A stretch of 64,000 bases of DNA, taken from the NCBI GenBank assembly GCA_963772835.1, contig CAVYYZ010000011.1, positions 160,001-224,000 of the forward strand. The letters are read 5' to 3'. Origin of the DNA: an uncultured delta proteobacterium. Its GTDB lineage: Bacteria; Desulfobacterota; Desulfuromonadia; Geobacterales; Pseudopelobacteraceae. Positions 9,707 to 20,156 of the stretch are shown here, piece by piece (position 1 is the first letter of the stretch; each line of letters opens with the position of its first letter). Position numbers and translations under genes: made by a program. The notes below the pieces were generated by a model. That model searched no databases. It saw nothing but the letters and a program-made list of their open reading frames with translations, and was not told the DNA's origin.

Positions 9707-10573
9707 ATGCCGAATTCCCTGCCGTTCAATACAGCCATGATCCACGGTCTGTTTACCCCGCTCGCGCCTGAAGAGACCCCGGATCATGCTCCGGGATTCT
9801 GGGCCGTCCTGTCCGGCTCTTCTCTCCTGCTGCGTGCCGGGGCGGAACAGGCACAGCTTCCGGAGGGGGCGCTGCCGTCCGGGATTCTTCCGGAAACGGA
9901 ACCGCTCAAAATCGGTCTCTGGCACGGTAAGCCGCTCCGTGCGGTACGGATCGACCCGAATGCCGACCTGCCGACGAAGTATGAACTGCTGCCGTTTCAG
10001 GGGCCGGACCCGCGATTGGACAATACCCTGGCAACGATTGCCGGCCGGGCCGCCCAGATCCTCCATTGGGAGAAGCGAAGCAACTTCTGTTCACACTGCG
10101 GCGGCGTATTGAGCCGAATCCGGGGAAGCTGGGGCAAGCGGTGTCTGTCGTGCGGCGACGAGCATTTTCCCCATATTCACCCCTGCATCATCGTGCTGGT
10201 CAGGCGGGGCGCTGAACTGCTGCTTATCCGTAATGCCGCCTGGAATGTGGGACGTTTCAGTCTGGTGGCCGGCTTTCTCGATTTCGGCGAATCCCTGGAG
10301 GAGTGCGTTCAGCGGGAGGTGCGCGAGGAGGCGGGGATAGAAGTCGCCAATATCCGCTATGTGGGGAGCCAGTGCTGGCCTTTTCCGAGCCAGCAGATGA
10401 TCGGTTTTCTGGCCGACTATGCCGGTGGAGAGGTCAGGCCGGACGGTGTGGAGGTTGTCGAGGCGGAGTGGTTTCCTGAAGACGCCCCGCCCCTGTCACC
10501 GGGGGGGAAGCGGAGTATTTCCCGCTGGATCCTGGATACCTACGGGAAGGGGCGGGACGATCGGTACGTCTGA
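9707..10573 (+). CDS. nudC: NAD(H) diphosphatase / NAD-cap decapping Nudix hydrolase
   Basis: Zn ribbon CSHCG..CLSCG, Nudix box [30 protein letters not shown] (SQPWPFP variant). AAGGA RBS before ATG 9707. Confidence 0.9.
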   Translation: MPNSLPFNTAMIHGLFTPLAPEETPDHAPGFWAVLSGSSLLLRAGAEQAQLPEGALPSGILPETEPLKIGLWHGKPLRAVRIDPNADLPTKYELLPFQGPDPRLDNTLATIAGRAAQILHWEKRSNFCSHCGGVLSRIRGSWGKRCLSCGDEHFPHIHPCIIVLVRRGAELLLIRNAAWNVGRFSLVAGFLDFGESLEECVQREVREEAGIEVANIRYVGSQCWPFPSQQMIGFLADYAGGEVRPDGVEVVEAEWFPEDAPPLSPGGKRSISRWILDTYGKGRDDRYV

Positions 10574-10638
10574 TCTCAAAGCGGTTCATACAACGGGTTG
10601 AAACCTGCCCGCACAGAATATTCAGAAGGAGCCTGAAC

Positions 10639-11640
<1,002 letters not shown>

Positions 11641-11650
11641 CGCCACCGTT

Positions 11651-12838
11651 ATGACCAGGGACACGCACGACCTTGCCCCGTTTCTGTTGGTTTGTCTGAT
11701 CGGATTTGCCGCTTTTTTCAGTTCGTACCTGCGCATTCCGGTCATGCCGCTGTTTGCCGCCACACTCGGGGCGGGACCGGCCCAGGTGGGCACCATCAAC
11801 GGTGCTTTCATGCTGACGGCCGGTCTGCTATCCATTCCTGCCGGCCTGCTGGCCGACCGCACCGGCCGCAAACTGCCGATTATTGCCGGTATAACCGCCA
11901 CTGCCGCCTCCTCGCTCCTGGTTACGCTCTGTCACCAGCCGGGACAGATGGTTGCGGCGTATATCCTCTTCGGCGCCGGGCTGGCCGCCTTTGCGCCCGG
12001 CATGATGTCGCTGGTGGCAGATGTCATGCCTTCTCACCGGCTCGGTCAGGCCTACGGCTGGTATACCACCGCCGTCTACATCGCCATGACTCTGGGGCCT
12101 GCCTCGGGAGGCTACCTTGCCAACGCCCTGGGACTCCGCCAGGTGTTTCTCGTCTCAGGCGGGCTGCTGGTCGCGGTTACGCTGCTGGCCCTGCTGCTGC
12201 TGCCCCAGGGGCCTCCGCGACATAAGACCGATCTGCACACGGTCCTGGCCGGCTGCATCGACCTGCTGCGCAACCGCAGCCTGCTCGCCTGTCTGCTGGC
12301 AACCGCCGGCAGCTGTATCGGCTTTGGCGTCTTCCTGACATTTCTCCCGTTGTACGGCTCGCTGCACGGGTATGGCCCGGCCCAGGTCGGCCTGGTGTTT
12401 GCCGCCCAGGCGGTTACCAATGTTGTCGGCAGAGTACCGATCGGCAGGCTCGCCGATCGCTGTGACCGTCGCCGGCTCGTGGCTGCCGGTTTGATCTGCC
12501 TGGCACTGGCACTGATTATGCTCGGGCAGGTTGTACAGCTTGCGCAGCTGATGGCCTGCGCCGTCGTCATGGGAGTAGGGATGGCCCTTGCCTTTACCGC
12601 TATCGGCGCCCTGATCGCGGAGCTGGTCCCGGCCGTGCGGCGGGGGCTGGCCATGGGGATGTATAACAGCTGCATCTATCTCGGCATGATGTCCGGTGCG
12701 ACCGCCATGGGCCTCTCCCTGAAACGGATCGGCTATCCGCTCGGCTTTGCCGCCGCCGGCAGTTCGACCCTGTTGGCGCTGGTACTGTTTTACTGGATGA
12801 TGCGGAAAAAAACTGCCGCATACGTCCGGCAGGCCTGA
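11651..12838 (+). CDS. MFS transporter (efflux type)
   Basis: About 12 hydrophobic segments, MFS motif A GLLADRTGRK and GRLADRCDRR. Start could be 11627. Confidence 0.88.
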   Translation: MTRDTHDLAPFLLVCLIGFAAFFSSYLRIPVMPLFAATLGAGPAQVGTINGAFMLTAGLLSIPAGLLADRTGRKLPIIAGITATAASSLLVTLCHQPGQMVAAYILFGAGLAAFAPGMMSLVADVMPSHRLGQAYGWYTTAVYIAMTLGPASGGYLANALGLRQVFLVSGGLLVAVTLLALLLLPQGPPRHKTDLHTVLAGCIDLLRNRSLLACLLATAGSCIGFGVFLTFLPLYGSLHGYGPAQVGLVFAAQAVTNVVGRVPIGRLADRCDRRRLVAAGLICLALALIMLGQVVQLAQLMACAVVMGVGMALAFTAIGALIAELVPAVRRGLAMGMYNSCIYLGMMSGATAMGLSLKRIGYPLGFAAAGSSTLLALVLFYWMMRKKTAAYVRQA

Positions 12839-12895
12839 TCCGCCCGGCAGGCCGCGCCGTGCCCGGCCGCCGGCCATGCACCGGTTTCCCCGGTA

Positions 12896-12942
12896 TATTC
12901 CCTCTTGACACGAACCGCTCTCTATGGCTATCATTTGACATA
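12896..12942 (+). promoter_or_regulatory. sigma70-type promoter of lexA
   Basis: TTGACA 12905-12910, 18-bp spacer, TATCAT 12929-12934, second TTGACA 12935-12940. 39/47 identical to 15549-15595. Confidence 0.75.
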
Positions 12943-12968
12943 CATATCATATGACAGGTGACGATGCC

Positions 12969-13577
12969 ATGCAGACACTTACTCTTCGCCAGCAGCAGGT
13001 ACATACGTTCATTCAGAAGTACCTTGAAGCCAACGGCTCCCCTCCGACCCTGCGGGAGATTTCCGCCCATATCGGCACCGCCGGAACTGCCACCGCCATC
13101 AGCCACATCGAAGCGCTGGAGAGGAAGGGGTACCTCCGGCGCCGTGAGGGGAGTTCGCGGGGCATCGTTCTGTCCCGGACACCTTCCGCGACCGTTTCGC
13201 TTCCGGTCGTCGGCAGAATTCGTGCCGGTATGCTGCACCCTGCCGTTGAGGACATCACCGGCCACCTGAACGTGGACAGCAGCCTGATCCGGGGGGAGGG
13301 GTGCTATTTCCTCACGGTTGAGGGGGACTCGATGATCAACAGGGGGATCCTCCCGGGTGACCGGGTACTGATCCGCCCCCAGCGGGTGGCCGACAACGGC
13401 GAGATCGTGGCGGTCATGGTTGACGGCGACGCCACACTCAAACAGTTTTTCCGCGAGCGCGACCATATCCTGCTGCAGCCGGCAAACCCGCTCTACGAGC
13501 CGATAATCATCCGTCCCGGTCAGGGCGAGGTGACGATTGTCGGCAAAATGATCGGCCTGTTGCGCAGCGCGGAGTAG
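12969..13577 (+). CDS. lexA: SOS repressor LexA
   Basis: LT.RQ, PPTLREI winged helix, ALERKGYL, cleavage site RAG, catalytic GDSM and TLK. Start could be 12951. Confidence 0.95.
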   Translation: MQTLTLRQQQVHTFIQKYLEANGSPPTLREISAHIGTAGTATAISHIEALERKGYLRRREGSSRGIVLSRTPSATVSLPVVGRIRAGMLHPAVEDITGHLNVDSSLIRGEGCYFLTVEGDSMINRGILPGDRVLIRPQRVADNGEIVAVMVDGDATLKQFFRERDHILLQPANPLYEPIIIRPGQGEVTIVGKMIGLLRSAE

Positions 13578-13583
13578 ACGGCG

Positions 13584-13832
13584 GTGTCAGCACGGGTTCC
13601 CATACGTGTCGCCGTCATATTCTCACCCGGCGGCAGGGTCACTCCCAAGTGGTTTGAGCTGAACCGGCGCAAGCACGAAATTACGGACACGACCTATTTC
13701 TGGCGGGACCGGATCGGCGAGGTTCCGCTCATGCACTATGCCGTGACGGATGGCGAAGCACTTTATGAACTGGTCTACAACACCATTGACCAGACCTGGT
13801 CCCTGAACGGACTGCAGGCGGAACGGCCGTGA
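13584..13832 (+). CDS. Small conserved-looking hypothetical protein directly downstream of lexA
   Basis: 82 aa, GTG start 6 nt after the lexA stop. beta-rich pattern P.WF..RKHEI..YFW..HYAV..YELVY..WSL. Confidence 0.7.
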   Translation: MSARVPIRVAVIFSPGGRVTPKWFELNRRKHEITDTTYFWRDRIGEVPLMHYAVTDGEALYELVYNTIDQTWSLNGLQAERP

Positions 13833-13905
13833 AACCGGCATGCACTGCGCAGCACCGTAGAGTCGCGGCATACCCGCGCATCATTATCGCCACACCCGGA
13901 GTCAC

Positions 13906-14508
13906 ATGACCTTTCTCCCGCTGTCCATACAAATTCCCGGCTTTGACCAGCCGGCATCCATACTGCTTTCCGTGCTGAAGCTATTCATTATTCCGGTCGG
14001 GGGAGGAATCCCGGCCGGTGTTATGCTCGCGAGTGCCAAAGGCCTGGCCTGGCCCGTCACCACAGGACTTTACCTGATTTCAGATATAGCCCTGGCCCTG
14101 GCCTTTGAACCGATCCTTCGACTTATCGCTGCGCTGGCGGGGAAAGTCCCGTTTCTGGCCCGTTTCCGCGCAGTGTTGAAGGATGTAACTGCCCGCAGCG
14201 CGGCACATGTGGTCGGCACCGGCGCAGGCCCCCTTTCGTTCGTTATGATTGCCTTCGGTGTGGACCCGATGACAGGGCGGGCCACGGCTCTTGCCGCGGG
14301 TCACGGATTCATTGCCGGCTGGGCCTTTGCCATCGTTGGCGACATGCTTTATTTTGCCGTCATCGCGATCACGACTCTGCGTCTCAACTCGTACTTTCGA
14401 GATCCAAACACCACAATGCTGATAGTCCTTGGCGCAATGGTGCTCGTACCGGTATTGGTACGCTATGTTCGATCCGCACGCGGTGTCGAACATGACCGAT
14501 CGCCGTGA
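13906..14508 (+). CDS. Hypothetical integral membrane protein
   Basis: 200 aa, about 5 hydrophobic segments, IPVGGGIPAG and FGVDPMTG motifs, GGAG RBS. Confidence 0.7.
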   Translation: MTFLPLSIQIPGFDQPASILLSVLKLFIIPVGGGIPAGVMLASAKGLAWPVTTGLYLISDIALALAFEPILRLIAALAGKVPFLARFRAVLKDVTARSAAHVVGTGAGPLSFVMIAFGVDPMTGRATALAAGHGFIAGWAFAIVGDMLYFAVIAITTLRLNSYFRDPNTTMLIVLGAMVLVPVLVRYVRSARGVEHDRSP

Positions 14509-14646
14509 TGGACTGACCTTCACTTCGATCAGGAAGAAAGTGGTATCTGCCCGGCGCAACGGGTTGCCGGCTGAATACCCCGTGACAGCTCATCCCGTCC
14601 GCGTTGCGTCTGCCTGAAATCCCCCCCCCTGATATCCGGAGAATTA

Positions 14647-14946
14647 ATGAAGAAATCATTTTGTACATGGGAGGGTGATACGCTGGTGCTGAATATTCTC
14701 GGCACCCCCAATGCCAAACGTGATGCGATCGGCAAAGTGAAAGGTCATCAGCTTTGTATCAGTGTGACGGCGGCGCCGCGTGCCGGGAGAGCCACCGACC
14801 ATATGGTGCGTTTTCTGGCTGAGGAATTCGGTGTATCGGTGGGGGATATTCAGGTTGTGTTCGGGCGCATGAACATCAACAAACAGCTCCGGATCACGGC
14901 GCCAAGACGTTTGCCGGCGATTATCGGGCAGATGGAGTTATGTTAG
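14647..14946 (+). CDS. DUF167 / YggU-family protein
   Basis: PNAKRDAI..L.ISVTAAP..GRA..RFLAEEFGV..K.L.I pattern, GGAG RBS. Confidence 0.85.
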   Translation: MKKSFCTWEGDTLVLNILGTPNAKRDAIGKVKGHQLCISVTAAPRAGRATDHMVRFLAEEFGVSVGDIQVVFGRMNINKQLRITAPRRLPAIIGQMELC

Positions 14947-15005
14947 TTTCCATCAGGAAGCTCTGGATGAGAAGCGTTCATTTTTAAACTCGCGATAGTG
15001 TAAGG

Positions 15006-15335
15006 TCAGACGGTCCCCGGTTGGTAACGATGAACGATGAACGCAGATATTGTTAATACCACCAGCACAATCAATCCCCACATGGTGCAGAAGAGCTGAA
15101 AGGCATCGATAATCACGCAGCCGATGGCAGTCGTGAGCCAGATCAGACCGTTATAGACGTACATTCTCCCTATGTAGTGGGCTTTTTTCGCTGCGTCATT
15201 GAGCAGGTCCCAGTTGGGGGTGTACAGTCTATTCAATATGCTGGTGATGTCATAGATCAGCACAGTGTTGGTTGATATGAGCATAATAAGGAGTATTCCG
15301 ACCATGGGAGCTCTCCGTTCACTGCAGTTTGCCAT
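15006..15335 (-). CDS. Hypothetical small membrane protein
   Basis: 109-aa ORF with three hydrophobic segments. Start may be the second Met (after GGAG). Confidence 0.5.
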   Translation of the reverse strand: MANCSERRAPMVGILLIMLISTNTVLIYDITSILNRLYTPNWDLLNDAAKKAHYIGRMYVYNGLIWLTTAIGCVIIDAFQLFCTMWGLIVLVVLTISAFIVHRYQPGTV

Positions 15336-15548
15336 CTACGTCTGCTACGGCGTGCAACTGATGTATTTTCCTGACTGTACAAAAGACCGCGCCGTTTTTG
15401 TAATTATACAACAATTCCAGAAATTTGTTGTTCTTCCTGAATTCCGGAAACACAACACTTTATTTGTCTGAGCGGGGTGTGTTGAATTGATATTGAAGAG
15501 TTACATAGAGCTGTCCCCTCCTGTATCGCGACGGTTTGACCGGATTTT

Positions 15549-15595
15549 TATTCCCTCTTGACACAATTAACTCTCCATAGCTAACATTTGACATA
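15549..15595 (+). promoter_or_regulatory. sigma70-type promoter of dinB (paralogue of the lexA promoter)
   Basis: TTGACA 15558-15563, 18-bp spacer, TAACAT 15582-15587, second TTGACA 15588-15593. Confidence 0.75.
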
Positions 15596-15620
15596 TATCG
15601 CGCGACCGGAAATAGATAAC

Positions 15621-15677
15621 CTGTGGACTCTTACTATCCACCAACAGCATTCCGCACCTCATCGGGTACATCAGTAG
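15621..15677 (+). pseudogene. Degenerate relic of a lexA 5' end in the dinB leader
   Basis: CTG TGG ACT CTT ACT ATC CAC CAA CAG CA matches lexA ATG CAG ACA CTT ACT CTT CGC CAG CAG CA at 21/29 nt, at nearly the same distance from the promoter. Confidence 0.55.
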
Positions 15678-15685
15678 ATATCTTT

Positions 15686-16921
15686 ATGACAGTACGAACC
15701 ATACTCCATTGTGACATGAACGCCTTTTTCGCCAGCGTCGAGCAGCAGACCAACCCTGACCTGCGGGGCAAGCCGATTGCCGTGGTCGGCGGCGGCGGAC
15801 GGACGGTGATCACCACGAGCTCATATGAAGCCAGGGCGCGGGGCGTCAAGACCGGGATGGCTGTGTGGGAAGGAAAGCGGGTCTGTCCGGAACTGATCAT
15901 CGTTGTCGGAGACAACCGCAAATACACATACACATCCAGCAAAATCAATGAGATATTTCGTGATTTTACTCCAGAGGTTGAAGCTTTTTCTATCGACGAA
16001 TCCTGGCTGGACGTCACCCGTTCCCTCGGGATTTTCGGCAGTGCCGAGACGATTGCCTACCGGATCAAAGCCCGTATCAGACACAGCTTCGGTATTACCT
16101 GCTCCATCGGTATCGCTCCCAATAAACTGCTGGCCAAGCTGGCCAGTGACATGCAGAAACCGGACGGTCTGACGGTTATCGAACCGGAACGTGTTGCGCG
16201 GGTTCTGGAGCGAATGCCGATCAATGACCTCTGCGGTATCGGCAAAAGAATGCAGCGGCACCTCAATATGATGAGCATTTACACCTGCGGGGAGTTGGGG
16301 CGGTGCGACGAGGCCCGTCTGACGCGACAGTTCGGCATCATCGGTTCCCGGCTCAAGTTGATGGGGCAGGGGATAGACACTTCTCCGGTGGTTCCGTTCG
16401 GCCAGGAGGAGCAGGTGAAGTCGGTCGGGCATTCGCGAACCCTGGAGCGGGATATTGACGATCCGGCAGAGATCAGGCGCTTCGTGCTGCAGCTTTCGGA
16501 AATGGTCGGGAGCAGGGCAAGGAAATATAACGTCTCAGGGAAGACGATTCATCTGTACGTCCGCTATGCGGATTTTTTCTCCAGTTGGGGGAAACAGACG
16601 ACGCTGAAGAACTACGTCAATCAGAGTGACGATATCTACAGGACGGCCCTGTCAATTCTCGATACCGTCGAACTTGAACAGCCGGTCCGGCTTCTGGGTG
16701 TCTGCCTCTCCAACCTGAAACATCAGGCGGAACAGCTGCCGCTGTTTGAGGATGAACGGAAGAAGCTCTTTGCGACGCAGGCGATGGATACGATCAATGA
16801 CCGGTTCGGCAGTATGGCGGTTACTTTCGGGAGTCTGGTAAAGGACAGGGAAAGTGCGGGGAGTCATGTGATACCGCCAAGCTGGCGGCCTGACGGCATT
16901 AAGAATGTTGATGTTTCGTAG
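15686..16921 (+). CDS. dinB: DNA polymerase IV (Y family)
   Basis: HCDMNAFFASVE, SYEAR, SIDE, GIAPNKLLAKLAS..KP, little-finger VRLLGV, clamp-binding-like QLPLF. Confidence 0.95.
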   Translation: MTVRTILHCDMNAFFASVEQQTNPDLRGKPIAVVGGGGRTVITTSSYEARARGVKTGMAVWEGKRVCPELIIVVGDNRKYTYTSSKINEIFRDFTPEVEAFSIDESWLDVTRSLGIFGSAETIAYRIKARIRHSFGITCSIGIAPNKLLAKLASDMQKPDGLTVIEPERVARVLERMPINDLCGIGKRMQRHLNMMSIYTCGELGRCDEARLTRQFGIIGSRLKLMGQGIDTSPVVPFGQEEQVKSVGHSRTLERDIDDPAEIRRFVLQLSEMVGSRARKYNVSGKTIHLYVRYADFFSSWGKQTTLKNYVNQSDDIYRTALSILDTVELEQPVRLLGVCLSNLKHQAEQLPLFEDERKKLFATQAMDTINDRFGSMAVTFGSLVKDRESAGSHVIPPSWRPDGIKNVDVS

Positions 16922-17014
16922 TTGATGCCCGGCAATGACCCGGGTGCGGCCGCGCTCCAACTGCCGTCGCAGTGCTGCGCGTGATGATCGATAGCACCGC
17001 GGCGGTTGCTGCCG

Positions 17015-19729
17015 TCAGGCCGACAGCCGCAGACGGATATATTTTTCAACTTCAATAACGATATAGACGACCAGAGAAGCGCTCATAATCAGCCCCCATT
17101 CGCGCAGACCTATCGGCCGGCTGCCGAAAGCGGTATGCATTGCCGGCAGGTAGGTGAACAGCAGCTGCAGCAGAGCCATAATGCCTACTCCGGACAGCAG
17201 CCAGCGATTGCTGAACAGGCCGACCTTGAACATGGAGTGACGCAGAGAGCGGCAGTTGAACAGGTAGAACAGCTGGCCGAAGACAAAGACATTGACCGCG
17301 CAGGTGCGGGCTTCTGCAACATCGCTCCCCTGATGCAGTTCCCACTCGAACAGCCCGAATGCACCCACAAGCAGCAGAAAACCGACGAGACCGATCCTCA
17401 TACCCAGTTCCCAGGTCAGCAAAGGCTGCCGGGGATCCCGGGGAGAGCGATTCATGATGCCTGACTCCTTTGGCTCGAAGGAGAGCATCAGACCCAGCAG
17501 CACCGCCGTCGTCATATTGATCCAGAGGATCTGCACCGGCGTTATCGGCAGTTGAACACCCGCAAATACCGCGGCCAGGATTACCAGCCCTTCGCCAAGA
17601 TTAGTGGGCAGCGTCCAGGTAATGAACTTGACCAGATTGTCATAGACCGCACGCCCTTCTTCGACAGCGGCTTCAATGGTGGAAAAATTGTCGTCGGTCA
17701 GCAGCATGTCGGCGGCCTCCCTGGTAACTTCGGTGCCGGATATCCCCATTGCCACGCCGATATTTGCCTGCCGCAGAGCCGGCGCGTCATTTACTCCGTC
17801 GCCGGTCATTGCAACGATATTTCCTGACGCCTGCAACGCCACAACCAGCCGGAGTTTCTGTTCCGGCGCCACACGGGCGAAAACGACGCTTCGCTCGACG
17901 GCGGCTATAAGCTCACTGTCGCTGAGAGCATCGATATCCCGGCCGCTCAATGTCAATGTGTGACCCGGTTCGCCGGTTTCAGCGATCAGACCGATCTGCC
18001 GGGCAATGGCCGTGGCGGTAATTGCATGGTCACCGGTAATCATTTTTACCCGGATACCGGCGGCCCGGCACACCCGTACCGCCGCAACGGCTTCCGGCCT
18101 GGGCGGGTCTATCATCCCCTGCAGACCGAGGAAGGTCAGCCCCCCGGCAACATCGCCATGCTCCAGTGCCTCCCCGGAGATCACCTTCTCAGTGCGGGCG
18201 ACCGCCAGGACTCTCAACCCCTTTTCCGCCATCTGCTCCGCCGCCCGGTAAATTTCATCGCACGGCAGAACCGCCGGTTCTCCGGTGCGGGATAAGGAAC
18301 GACTGCAGCGGATCAGGACGCTCTCGACAGCCCCCTTCAGATAGACAACATGACCGCCTGAATTGCCATGCAGTGTTGCCATATACTGGTAGTGCGACTC
18401 AAAGGGAATGGCGTCGAGGCGGGGAAGTTCAGCGGAAAACTGCTCCCGTTCAAGCTTCGCCTTACGGGCGGCAACGACCAGAGCGGCTTCGGTCGGGTCA
18501 CCCTCCACTTTCCAGTCGTTATCTGTCCGTGCCACAATGGTGTCGTTACACAGCAGCCCCGAGATCAGGCAATCACGCAGAGCCGGATTTTTCATCGGAG
18601 ATATGGCTTCACCCTCACGGGTAAAACACCCTTCAGGGGAGTAGCCGGTGCCGGAAACCAGAAAAAGATCGCCCCCGGCATACACCTCCTGAACGGTCAT
18701 CTGGTTCTGCGTCAGGGTGCCGGTTTTGTCCGAGCAGATGACTGTCGTGCTTCCCAGTGTCTCCACCGCGGGAAGTTTTCGGATAATCGCGTTCCGTTTG
18801 GCCATTTTGGCAACGCCGATGGCCAGCGTTATGGTTACCGCCGCCGGCAGCCCTTCGGGAATGGCCCCGACCGCCAGGGCAACCACCGCCATGAACATCT
18901 CTATCCAGGAGGAGCCCCGCAGGATACCGACAACAAAGGTGATTGCGGCCAGAGTGAGGATGACATACAGCAGCAGTCCACTGAACCGGGCAATCTTTTT
19001 GGTTAAAGGGGTCGCCAGGATGTCAGCTGATGCTATCAACTCGTTAATACGTCCGACTTCCGTGTTGTTGCCGGTGGCAACTACGGTGCCGGCGGCGATG
19101 CCGTAGGTGACCAGGGTCGATGAGTACGCCATGTTTATCCGGTCCGCCAGCGGCGTGTCGTCCGGCAGTACCCTGCTCTGCTTCTGCACCGGGACCGATT
19201 CACCGGTCAGGGTCGATTCATCGATTTGCAGCTCCCGTGAGCTCAGTATGCGCAGGTCGGCCGGGACCTTGTCGCCCGACTGCAGCAGGACGATATCACC
19301 CGGAACCAGTTCCGTCGCCGGAATCTGTTGCCGCTCGCCTCCCCGCAGTACCGTTGCACTGCTGGTCATGGCGTTTGCCAGGGCTTCAATCGCCTTGACC
19401 GCTTTGGACTCCTGAATGAATCCGATGACGGCATTGACCAGTACCACCCCGTAAATCACCCCGGCATCAACCCATTCCCGGAGTGCGGTTGTGACTGCGG
19501 CGGCGGCCAGCAGGATGTAGACCAGCGGCTGATGGAACTGGAGCAGAAACAGTATGATCGGCCCACGACCCTTTTTCCGGGTAATCGTATTCGCTCCGAA
19601 CCGCTGCTGCCGGAGGTGCGCCTCAGAGGCATCCAGTCCCTTATCCGGAGCGGTACCGAGTAAGTCTGCGACCTCCGCTTCCGGCAGTGTATGCCACGGC
19701 CTGTCCGGGATTTCATTCATGAAATGCAT
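17015..19729 (-). CDS. Cation-transporting P-type ATPase (P2A-like)
   Basis: TGES, IPEGLP, DKTGT, KGA, TGD, GDGVND, WINMTT. Confidence 0.95.
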   Translation of the reverse strand: MHFMNEIPDRPWHTLPEAEVADLLGTAPDKGLDASEAHLRQQRFGANTITRKKGRGPIILFLLQFHQPLVYILLAAAAVTTALREWVDAGVIYGVVLVNAVIGFIQESKAVKAIEALANAMTSSATVLRGGERQQIPATELVPGDIVLLQSGDKVPADLRILSSRELQIDESTLTGESVPVQKQSRVLPDDTPLADRINMAYSSTLVTYGIAAGTVVATGNNTEVGRINELIASADILATPLTKKIARFSGLLLYVILTLAAITFVVGILRGSSWIEMFMAVVALAVGAIPEGLPAAVTITLAIGVAKMAKRNAIIRKLPAVETLGSTTVICSDKTGTLTQNQMTVQEVYAGGDLFLVSGTGYSPEGCFTREGEAISPMKNPALRDCLISGLLCNDTIVARTDNDWKVEGDPTEAALVVAARKAKLEREQFSAELPRLDAIPFESHYQYMATLHGNSGGHVVYLKGAVESVLIRCSRSLSRTGEPAVLPCDEIYRAAEQMAEKGLRVLAVARTEKVISGEALEHGDVAGGLTFLGLQGMIDPPRPEAVAAVRVCRAAGIRVKMITGDHAITATAIARQIGLIAETGEPGHTLTLSGRDIDALSDSELIAAVERSVVFARVAPEQKLRLVVALQASGNIVAMTGDGVNDAPALRQANIGVAMGISGTEVTREAADMLLTDDNFSTIEAAVEEGRAVYDNLVKFITWTLPTNLGEGLVILAAVFAGVQLPITPVQILWINMTTAVLLGLMLSFEPKESGIMNRSPRDPRQPLLTWELGMRIGLVGFLLLVGAFGLFEWELHQGSDVAEARTCAVNVFVFGQLFYLFNCRSLRHSMFKVGLFSNRWLLSGVGIMALLQLLFTYLPAMHTAFGSRPIGLREWGLIMSASLVVYIVIEVEKYIRLRLSA

Positions 19730-20156
19730 CGCCGGTTCATGCGTCTCCCTGTGACATTCGTGACTTGTATCGCTCTGCTCTGAAAAACAGTCTCATCGTG
19801 ATTCAGTATCTGCATCAACTCCTCCGGCACCTGTTTTGTAATCAATTTTACCATGGTTTTCATCATTGGCAATATGCAGGCCGTAGATGCGCTTTGGTCT
19901 CAAGAGAGCGAATCCATCTAAATTATGTTTCATTCCGGATAGTTAAACCGGGAATCGCCACTCCTGCCATAAAAGACTGCAATGGTCTTGTTTTCCTAGA
20001 TAAATCAGGAGGTTGCCTCGTATACGCGTCCATTTTTTTTAATTGACGGTTCATGTGATTGATGGCAGTATCGCCGCTCGTTTGGTTTTGATTACATCAA
20101 CGAGAGACCTTTCATGTAATGACGGGGACTTATCACACGGAAGCAGGGGGAAACAG

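Noticed and set aside
12883..12900. GGTT-starting sequence as a G. sulfurreducens-type LexA box
   Set aside because: GGTTTCCCCGGTATATTC lacks the required G and terminal ACC.
12112..13466. Long minus-strand ORFs 12155-12934 and 12600-13466
   Set aside because: Shadows of the GC-rich MFS and lexA genes.
17006..19663. Several plus-strand ORFs (e.g. 17006-17464, 18368-19006)
   Set aside because: Antisense shadows of the P-type ATPase; no motifs or RBS.
19730..20156. Possible cyclic-dinucleotide (GEMM-I) riboswitch or sigma54 promoter before the dodecaheme gene
   Set aside because: No GEMM-I core pairing seen; the TGGCA hits lack a TTGC-like -12 element.
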